A stretch of DNA of 64,000 nt from the human T2T-CHM13v2.0 reference genome, Homo sapiens. Positions within the stretch are counted from its first letter, which is position 1. Each line of letters opens with the position of its first letter. The position numbers were made by a program, and so were the translations under genes. Positions 54,286 to 64,000 of this stretch are shown piece by piece. The notes beneath the pieces were generated by a model. That model was given only the letters and a program-made list of their open reading frames with translations. It did no database searches and was not told where the DNA came from. The DNA is taken from the NCBI RefSeq assembly GCF_009914755.1, contig NC_060947.1; one strand, 5' to 3'.

Positions 54286-55289
54286 ATTTTTAGAATCCTC
54301 TATGTCTATAAAGCTCTAAGTGTTGAATTTTTTTCTTCTGGAATGAATTATTACAAATTATTAATACATAATTTATCAAATCATAAGCATTAATATTCTG
54401 GCAAATTAAAATATAAAATGTTATTGGAAATGTATCTCAATAAAATGATAGCTGTTTTTCAGTAGTTTAATATTCTAGATGAATTCCATTTTTTGTAAGA
54501 ATGAGACAGATTTTATCATCAATTTTCAAACATTTTATTTTATTTTTAAAATACGTAAGCATAGGAAAAACTTGTTATCATACACGACTAAATTGGCACG
54601 AAAGGAATTTTCTCATAACAACGTCTCTTAATCTTTTGAAAACATTTTGAGTTCCCTGCCAAAAATCACTTATTGATTTATCATCAAAATTATTTTAATG
54701 ATCTCTCAGCTAGCAATTCAATTAGGCCCTGCTTCAAGTTTGTTAAAAGTAAAGAATTAGACACTATTCAAGTTGCACAATGATGTTACTCAGCCATTAG
54801 TCATTCATTTTGTCAACTTCATTAAGATAATTTTAAATTGCCTCTTTGTTTGGCACACTATAGTTTTTTCCATCCTGTAATGCACTGTAATAAAATTGCT
54901 GATGGCTGAGAGCTGTGCTTTTCTTTGGTAAAGTCGGAGAAGGGGATTGTGAATGGGGTTGGACAAAGAGAATCTGTCAATTGCTGGTTAGCAGGTGTAG
55001 TCTCAGGTAGACAACTATTAGTAAATAATTCATATGAAAGTTGAAGGTCTGAAATTATCCTAAAAATTTTCATTCTTTCACATATTATTTGAAAAGTTTT
55101 GCAATACCTCCAGGAGCATATGTACCGTGATTTATGAACTTTGATTTGAAACATAATGTACCTTTGCTTCATCTTCATTAGATTTCTTTCCTCCAATAAA
55201 ATTTTGAAGTCTTCTATGGCAGAGACATTTGCTTATACTCTGTTTTCACCTGGCACGATTGTGGGCACATAATAGGGACACAATAAGTA

Positions 55290-55660
55290 CAAATGACCTT
55301 CAACTTAACAATGGTTTGACTAGCAGTATTTTTTTAGTTTTATAATGGTTGCAACAGTGCTATGTATCCAGTGGAAACCATATTTTGAGTACCCATACAC
55401 TCATACTGTTTTTTACTTTCAGTACAGTGACCAATAAATTACATGAGGTATTCAACACATTATTAAAAAATAGGCTTTGTGTTAGATGATTTTTCCCAAC
55501 TGTAGGCTAATGTAAGTGTTCTGAGAATGTTTAAGTTAGCTAGGCTTAGCTATAATGCTCTATAAGTTAGGTGTGTTAAATGCATTTTTGACTTAGGATA
55601 TTTTTAACTTATGATGGGTTTATTGTGACATAATCCCATTGTGAAGTTGAGGAGCAACAG
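55290..55660 (-). mobile_element. MER47A (Tigger-derived MITE)
   Basis: taggctttgtgttagatgat...aactgtaggctaatgtaagtgttctgag; TA flanks. Confidence 0.8.
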
Positions 55661-57389
55661 TATTGCATTAATCTGAATAGGTTATTTTTTTTTCTATGAA
55701 GTGAGAAATGAGCTAAATATAAGAATAGTGGAGGAAAAACTCGATACAGTTCTAGGGGACAACAGGTTTGCAGAAGAGGAGCCCAATAAATACGGAAAAT
55801 AAACAATAGGGTACAGTCAATCAAGGGCATATTTTTATTTGAGTCATGACCAAACATTTCTTTTTTTTGTAGTAAAATCAGTTGTAACTATAAATAACTT
55901 ATGTTTTTTACATTGGACATTGTGGTTTTGAGCCAATCTTCTGCCTATCTCTATACCACTCATATTACAGGACTTTTTTCTTAAATATTTCCTGACTACC
56001 CCAGCCTTCTTTCATTTCTCTTTTTCAACTATTTATAACTTGTATCATATAATTTATTCTGTAATTACATACTGAACCAATATTTTTTGATATTTTGTCT
56101 TAAGTATTGCACATGGTAAATATCTTGTTAATATTTGTAGTGTGATTAAAAGTCCTTCAGAAGTTTAGTTTAGTGGCTTTGAAGGTTAAAAAAAACTGAA
56201 GTGCTTAGAAATACAAGTTGTAAACTACAAATAACTTGATTGAGAATTAGACTCATTAACACCTCCCTCTGCTTTTTGTTTTGTATTCTTTAAGCATCTT
56301 TAGAAACTATTTATTTTACTATCAATTAAAAGAATAATATTCTACTGTTTATGAAAAGAGGGATGACAATGGTCTTGATTACACTGTTATTTAGCAACTA
56401 TATAATTACCAAATATAGACCCAGGTCTGTCACATATTTTGGTTGTTGTAGCTAAAGACCCATTAGGTTGTTGCTACTATTAAATTTTCAGTGTTATAAA
56501 GTCTTCCATCCTAATGTAAACATCCTAATGTTTATTAGTAGGGAAACATTTTCCCACATTGTATCTTCTTCCTTCTGACTGAGACATCCTGTGGAGTTAC
56601 AGCAAGTCAGGAAAATGATCACACTTTTAAGTTACGAGTTTCCAGAAGTGTAAACTTCTATTATACTCCTATGATAAGCATTTTCTCTCTTCTACTAAAT
56701 CAGTGTTTCTCAATAGGCTTGAATTCAATATAATAGGTTTGAATTTTAAAAGTTAATTTTCTTGAAATTTGGTTTTATAATAATCTTGTGTTTACTTAAG
56801 GCTAATCAAAGATAAAACAAGTGCAAAATAAAGACAGTGGCTCTAAAGCAAATGAAAGAGGGAGTTGATTTACTTATGACCCCATTCTTGAAAATCATTG
56901 CTCTACTTTGTAAACTAATTGAAATAATCTTTTTCCCATAAGCCGAGCATTGTCAGGCACAATACAGGCATTGGGAAAATGGTTTTTGAATGCTCAAATT
57001 AAAAGTGCAGTGACTGTTTATTACTACAATTCATTGTAGATTCCCCTATAAATTGGTAATAGAGCATATCTAGCTATTGATAATGATACTTTAGAACTTT
57101 ATTTGAAAGGATAAAATGCTCATGTCATACTGTTGAGTAAACAAAGCAGATTAAAAACATGGTATTATTGGTATAATTATATATATATATATCTATATGT
57201 ATTATACACATATGTATCTGTGAGTTTGTGTGGTTTAAAATATCAGGCTACATATTTAGATATGTTAAACTAGTTATACATTCCGATGATGAAATCTAGG
57301 TCAAATACCATAACTGCATTTTGATATTCCCTGGATCTCCTTATCTACCATAGTCTTGCTGTTACTTGAGGCAAGCTTGTTGTCAATCA

Positions 57390-59219
57390 CCCCCATGCTG
57401 CTGTTCACATGATAGTGGGTAAGTTCTCATGAGATCTGATGGTTTTATAAGGAGCCTTTCCCTGTTTGCTCAGAACTACTCTTTGCTGCCACCATGTGAA
57501 GAAGGACATGTTTGCTTCCCTTTCCGCCATGATTATAAGTTTCCTAAAGCCTCCCCAGCCATGCGGAACAGTGAGTCAATTAAACCTCTTTCCTTTATAA
57601 ATGACCTAGTCTCAGGCAGTTTTTTATAGCAGCGTGAGAATTGACTAATACAAGAAATTGATACCACAGAGAGTGGGGTGCTGCTGTAAAGATACCTGGA
57701 AATGTGGAAGTGACTTTGGAACTTGGTAACAGGCAGAGGTTGGAACAGTTTGGAGGGCTCAGAAGAAGACAGAGAAATGTGGGAAAATATGGAAATTCCT
57801 GGAGACTTGTTTGCTGGCTTTGACCAAAATGGGGAGAGCGATATGGACAATAAATTCCAGGCTGAGGTGGTCTCAGATGAAGATGAGGAAATTATTGGGA
57901 ATGGGAGTAAAGGTTACTCTTGCTATGCGCAGAGACTGGCAGCATTTTGCCCCACCCTAGAGATCTGTGGAACTTTGAACTTGAGAGAAATGATTTAGGG
58001 TGTCTGGAGGCAAACATTTCTTAGCAGCAAAGTGTTCAAGAAATGACAGAGCATAAAAGTTTGGAAAATTTGCAGCCTGATGATGGGATAGAAAAGAAAC
58101 ACCCATTTTCTGGGGAGAAATTCAAGCCCAATGCAGAAATTTGCATAAGTAACGAGGAGCCAAATATTAATCACCAAGACAATGGGGAAAATGTCTCCAA
58201 GGCATGTCAGAGACCTTCATAGCAGCCCCTCCCACCAAAGCCCTGGAGGCCTAGGAGGGAAAATGATTTTGTGGGCCAGGCCCCGGGTCCCATGCTGGGC
58301 CCAGGGCCCCACTGCTCTGTGCAGCCTTGAGACATGGCGCCCTGTGTCCCAACTGCTTCAATGCCAGCTATGGCTTAAAGGGGATGACATACAGCTCAGG
58401 CCATTGCTTCAAAGGGTGCAAGCTCCAAGCCTTGGCAGCTTACACGTGGTGTTGGTGGGAGCACAGAAGACAAGAATTGAGGTTCAAGAACATCTGGCTA
58501 GATTTCAGAGGTTGTATGGATGTATGGAAATGCCTTGATGTCCGGGCAGAGGTGAGCTGCAGAGGTGAGCTGCAGAGGTGGAACCCTCATAGAGAACCTC
58601 TGCTAGGGCAGGGCAAAAGAAAAATGTGGGGTCAGAACCCCCACAGAGTCCCCACTGGGGCATTGCCTAGTGGAGCTGTGAGAAGAGGGCCACCATCCTC
58701 CAGACCCCAGAATGGTAGATCCACTGATAGCTTACACTCTGCACCTGGAAAAGCCACAGACACTCATTGCCAGCCTTTGAAGCAGCTGGTAGGAGGGCTG
58801 TATCCTGCAAATCCACAGGGGTGGCACTGCCCAAGGCAGTGGGAGCATACCTCTTGCATCAGCATGACTTGGATGTGAGACGTGGTGTCAAAGGAGATTA
58901 TTTTGGAGCTTTAAGATTTAATTACTCCCTTGTTGGATTTCAGACTTGCATGGGGGCCTGTAACCCCTTTGTTTTGGCCATTTTTTTTCCTATTTGAAAT
59001 GGGTGTATTTACGTAATGCCTGTACCTCCATTGTATCTAGGAAGTAATTAACTTGTTTTGTTTTTACAGGCTCATAGGTGGAAAGGACTTGCCTTTTCTT
59101 AGATGAAACTTTGGACTTGGACTTTTAAGTTAATGCTGGAATGAGTAAAACTTTTGGGGACTATTGGAAGGGCATGACTGTGTTTTGAAATGTGAGGACA
59201 TGAGATTTGAGAGTGGCCA
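57390..59219 (+). mobile_element. THE1C/D: 5'-truncated LTR (57390-57652) and nearly complete internal region; 3' LTR missing
   Basis: LTR 3' part ending ttgactaataca; THE1-int text to gagatttgagagtggcca. Confidence 0.9.
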
Positions 59220-59224
59220 TGGAC

Positions 59225-59953
59225 ATCAGTAGGACCGTGATGCCTGCCTGAGTCTCAGACCAGCAAGTTTTATTAAGGGTTTCAAAAGGGGAGGGGGTGT
59301 AAGAACAGGGAGTAGGTACAAAGATCACATGCTTCAAAAAACAAAAGGCAGAATTATTAGAAAGGGCCTAACAAAGATCATATGCTTCTGAGGGAACAGG
59401 ACAAAGGGCAAAAGCAGAACTACTGATAAAAGTCCGACAAAGATCACAAGGCAAAGGGCAAAAGCAGAACTACTGATAAGGGTCTGTTCAGCATCTTGAT
59501 AAACATCTTAAATAACAGAAAACAGGGTTCCAGAGCAGAGAACCGGTCTGACCACAAATTTACCAGGGCAGAGTTTTTCCCCACCCTAGTAAGCCTGAGA
59601 GTACTACAAGAGACCAGGGCGTATCTCAGTCCTTATCTCAACCGCATAAGACAGACATTCCCAGAGCGGCCGTTTATAGACCTCCTCCCAGGAATGCATT
59701 CCTTTTGGTGCATGTGATCTTTGTACCTACTCCCTGTTCTTACACCCCCTCCCCTTTTGAAACCCTTAATAAAAACTTGCTGGTCTGAGACTCAGGGGGG
59801 CATCACGGTCCTGCCGATACGTGATGTCACCCCTAGCAGCCCAGCTGCAAAATTCCTCTCTTTATGCTGTCTCTGTTTATTTCTCAGCTGGCCGACACTT
59901 ATGGAAAATAGAAAGAACCTACACTGAAATATTGGGGGTGGGTTCCCCCAATA
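59225..59953. mobile_element. MER11 (HERV-K11) LTR, rearranged: minus-strand block 59225-~59703 and plus-strand 3' block 59710-59953
   Basis: aaagatcac/aagcagaactactgataa repeats; 3' end ...ttgggggtgggttcccccaata. Confidence 0.88.
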
Positions 59954-59954
59954 T

Positions 59955-60053
59955 CAAGAGCTGAGTTTAGTAGTTGCAACAGAGATTCTATGGCCAATAA
60001 TACATAAAATATTTACTACACAGACCCTTACAGAAAGAGTGTGATGACCCCTG
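59955..60053 (+). mobile_element. MER58A 3' half
   Basis: gtagttgcaacagaga..tatggcc...aaaatatttact...acccctg. Confidence 0.7.
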
Positions 60054-60104
60054 TGCTATAAGAAAAATAGTAAACTTAGGAGTTATAAGGATTTTCTACT
60101 GGGT

Positions 60105-60472
60105 AGTGTCTCCGTATGTTCAGGCTGCTGTAACAACATATGGTAGACTGGGTAAGTTGTAAACAGCAGAAATTTATTGCTCACAGTTTCAGAGTCTGGG
60201 AAGTCCGATGTCAAGGCACCAGAAGATTCAGTGTCCAGTGAGGGACCATTCCTCATAAATAGTGCCTTCTGTGTGTTCTCACATGGTGGGAGGGTGAAAG
60301 GAGGGTCTAAAAAACTCCCCCAGAGCTTCTTTTATAAAGGCACTAATTCCATTTGTCAGGGAAAAGCCCTCATAACCTAATCACCCCCTAAAGTCCCCAA
60401 CTGTTAATATCATCACCATGGGAGTTAAGATTCAACATACAAATTTAGGGAGGACACAAACATTCAGAATAT
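60105..60472 (-). mobile_element. MLT1A-like solo LTR
   Basis: caggctgctgtaacaa...agaaatttattgctcacagtt...ggacacaaacattcag. Confidence 0.8.
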
Positions 60473-60862
60473 AGTAGGTAGGTAGGAGAATTAAGGCTAG
60501 AATTAGGTCCTTTAACACTGATCCAATGCACTCTGCAGTATGCCTACAGTGTCTTCAACACTAATGGCAAGTGTTTTTTTTTTTTTTTTTTTTTTTTTTT
60601 TTGGTGCTGATACTAAACTTAGAACATAGTTCTGTTAAATAGTAAACTACCATTTTCCGGTTTGTATAAATTAGATTTGAAGTTGATATTTCCCAGAACA
60701 AACTTGTTATTGTGCAGCAAGTGGGCAAAAAGGTGGGTTTTTTTTCCTTGTTTGTTTGTTTTTTGCTTCCAACTAATTCACAGTGGTCCAAAATTTGTGG
60801 TTTTTCAATAGCCAATTTATAGCAGAATGACCAAACAGTGATAATTGCTGCCATTTATTATT

Positions 60863-61177
60863 ATTTTTTCTTTCTTTCTTTTTTTTTTTTTTTAAAAGCA
60901 GGGTCTCGCTTTGTCACCTAAGCTGGAGTCCAGTGGTGTTAACATAGCTCACTGCAACTTCTAACTACTGAACTCAAAAGATCTTCCCAACTCAGCTTTT
61001 CAGGTAGCTGGGACTACAGGTGCATGCCACCATGCCTGGTTAATATTTTAAATTTTTTGTAGAGACAAGGTCTTGTTATGTTGCCCAGACTGGTCTCAAA
61101 CTCCTGGCCTCAGGTGATTATCCTGCCTCAGCCTCCCAAAGCACTGAGATTACAGGCATGAGCCAACACACCTGGCC
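60863..61177 (-). mobile_element. AluJ
   Basis: Diverged Alu with J-type catagctcactgca and ttttgtagagacaaggtctt. Confidence 0.9.
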
Positions 61178-62209
61178 TATTTTCTTCTCTGTATTGCAAG
61201 TACTAGAAACTTTATATACATAATTATAGTGATTTTAAAATTTCCTCCCCTATTCCTTCACTACCCAAATTTCTTTAAAAGCAGATCTGCATTTATCTCT
61301 TGTATATATTGGCCTTCCCCATAAGCTTAAATTTGAAGAAAAGTCTTTGAAGCTAAAAAAAGAAATACATGTGAACCGTGCCATTATTTCATCTATTACT
61401 CATAACTCTCCTATGAAATAGATAGTATGCTCATTTTAAAGGTGAAAAAATTGTTATCTGTGACCTTAAGTCTGAAACAAATTATGGAATTTGAACTCAA
61501 TTCTGTAGACCGTACAGGTTGTATTCATAATAATACATCATTTTGCCAAACTGTAGGAATGCAGTTCTAGAGAACTCTTACAAGAGTTCTTAAAATGGAG
61601 AAGATGATAGAAGGATGATATTGATATTCTCCAGGATAAGATGAGAAAAGAAGAAATCAAAATATTTGCTTTGATAGCTCATCATTATATTTACAAAGCT
61701 CTCTTTGTGGGTACATCTAACCCAGGTAATTTTAATTCCTTAGTCCTGTGGGTCACCATCCATTTATTTCTTCCGGTGAGACAAAGTAGATTAGGTCTAC
61801 TAGCATGGGAAAAGGAAACTGCAGTATGATTATGCAGAGTGTGGTATATTGGCTTTACAAAGAATAATTCATCTTTGTTGCACCATTTCTCAATGTCAGT
61901 ATTCAGTGTTTTGGGGCTTGGCCAGATAATTGTCAGTAGAATGTATCTGTTATCAGAAGTTTCTGCTTGCTGAAAAGACCCAAGTTTCAGTCCTTTTCTT
62001 TTTTTTTCTTGCACTTCAAGACATGAACCATAGCTTTCGCTTAGATCACCTCACTAATCCAGTAGTGTCTCTTGATCCATATTTATTTCTGTTCTATATA
62101 GATTCTAGTAATCTCTCAGTCACAAAGAAAAAAAAGATTGAGTGACTCTGGAAATTCAGTCTCAATACTTGGAAAATAGCACCTTCATATTTAAAATATG
62201 AGAGCAGCT

Positions 62210-62380
62210 TATCATAGTGTAAGTTTGTGTAGCCAAATGGAATGAGGATGAGCTTTGAAGTTTGAAAGATGTGGATTAAAATGCTGTTTTCAACATTGAT
62301 TAGTGATGTGATCTATGGCTAGCTGCTTTACCTCTCTGAGCCTCAGTTTTCTTATGTGTAAAATGAGGATAATTATATCT
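62210..62380 (+). mobile_element. MIR fragment
   Basis: cctctctgagcctcagttttcttatgtgtaaaatgaggataat MIR core. Confidence 0.75.
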
Positions 62381-62922
62381 ATCTCATAATATATATAACT
62401 CATGAATACATATACACAAACACAGAGAGAGAGAGAAAATACTTATAAAGAACAGTGGTAACACAAATTAATTTATGTAAAAGATTTAGAAAGGTACCTA
62501 ATAAATGCTCAATAAATATTACATCTCAAATTATTATAATACAGGAAATAATCATTAAACATTTTGGATTTTGAAAGATCCTTTCTTATTTCAACCATGA
62601 CAATTAGTATGTGCTTTACTGAAATCACTAAGACCTTATAGGTTAAAACCAAAAATCACAATCTTATTTTAAAGAGAGTATTTCTTCACTCAAGCTCTAA
62701 AAATACAATTGTGGGGACTAGCTTTGTAGACAGTGATTTAGGGAATGTCTTAATTTTTTTTTATAGAAGAACAGTGTATAATGGGGGTTTTAGGACACAT
62801 TTTAATATTTTCATAGTTTAAATTTATTTTCTCTACCCATGAATATCTATTTTCTCATCTCAAACATTTTTATCCACTCACACCTCTTTTTTGTTGTTGT
62901 TTTTTTATAGCTACTGGTAGTA

Positions 62923-63141
62923 CAGGTTGAGCATCCAAAATCCAAAAAGTCAAATCTTGAACTTTTTGAGTGCCCACATGATACTCAAAGGAAATACTCA
63001 TTGGAGCATTTGGGATTTCAGATCTTCAGATTAGAGAGACTCAACCTGTAAGTGTAATGCAAATGCTCCAAAATCTGAAAAAAATTTGAAATCTGAGACA
63101 ATTCTGGTCCAAAGGCTTGTAGATAAGGATTACTCAACCTG
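62923..63141 (+). mobile_element. Tigger4a (MER46-type) MITE
   Basis: TIRs caggttgag / ctcaacctg with TA target duplications. Confidence 0.85.
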
Positions 63142-64000
63142 TAATGGGAAAAGTAATTGAATCATTTCACATTGGAAGAAGTGTGTTTAATTCTTAAATA
63201 GAAATATTACTGGATTTGGTGATACATGGAAGCATTTCAAAATCTGGTTGGTGCAAACTTTATTTCTTTACTTTCTTTCTAATGTTTTTCAGCTCACCAT
63301 CTTTTGATGAGGTTTTATGCCCAAAAGACCTGAAAACAATAAGTAGAAATAGTTCCCATAGTGCCTGTGGTTTCTGACAAATACTTGGGTTTATAAAATT
63401 ACGTTCTGTTATAGAAACACTTTACATTTGCCAATGATATTTTAAAAGAAAATGTTGATATTTTGAATATGACTGAAGAAGACATTCTGCTGTAATCACA
63501 GTCACCAGTTCCCCCCAAAAATATAAGAAAGAAAAAAGCCCTGGATGAATAGAAACAGCAGTTTTATTGTGCAAAAACTGAAACAAAAGCTTTATAAAAA
63601 ATTTACTTGGCATGTTATAACCCTACTCTTCAGATAAATAATGTTTGAATTCTTTCTTTGTGCATCTTTTTTTCTTGCACTTGAGAAAGTGCATTTGCAT
63701 GTGAATTGAAGAAAGCAAAATTATATTCCAAGGTTGATGAAAATAAATTACTGATTGGCTCTTGAACTGGGCAAACACTATCTGAGCCACTTTATCCACT
63801 TATTTTCAGCTTCCACATTAACTTAAACCTTTGCTTCAGTGAAAATAGTGTTTGTAGTATGAAGTTCTAAGCTGGACTGTATATTACTTCTTGATCTATA
63901 AAGGAAGAAAATGTCTTAACACCTGGCCCTGTGGGCATCCTTCTTTACAGGGTTGACTCTTAAAAAAATTATGAAGTAAGACAGAGGTCTTCTTTAGTAC

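Noticed and set aside
58327-58878. 183-aa ORF and neighbouring ORFs
   Set aside because: Lie within THE1 internal sequence; MaLR-derived frames with no evidence of domestication
60574-60602. Orphan T29 tract as a possible tail-only retroinsertion
   Set aside because: No convincing flanking TSD; simple slippage expansion suffices

Overview
This is primate (most likely human) AT-rich non-coding DNA, dominated by interspersed repeats. I can support no intact cellular protein-coding exon, rRNA, tRNA or CRISPR array, and nearly every informative ORF in the track is a retroelement remnant. The main elements are an LTR12C with a HERV9 env fragment (8431-10699, -), two twin-primed (5'-inverted) old L1 insertions with recognisable TSDs, and a 5'-intact but 3'-deleted L1PA2/3 with an open ORF0 (15531-19224). 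There is also a near-complete HERV-L provirus with two MLT2A LTRs (27211-33614), long L1MA and L1PA7/8 relics, THE1/MST/MLT MaLR elements, seven Alus, and L2/MIR and Tigger/Charlie/MER DNA transposons. I found no evidence of a new gene system. The most unusual signal is structural: many post-insertion deletion junctions, several with microhomology or templated fold-back inserts. A MER11 inverted duplication (59225-59818) and a 321-bp tandem duplication next to a motif-rich unique segment (44640-45703) also stand out. Subfamily names come from recalled consensus features and need RepeatMasker/Dfam confirmation; boundaries of old repeats are approximate.
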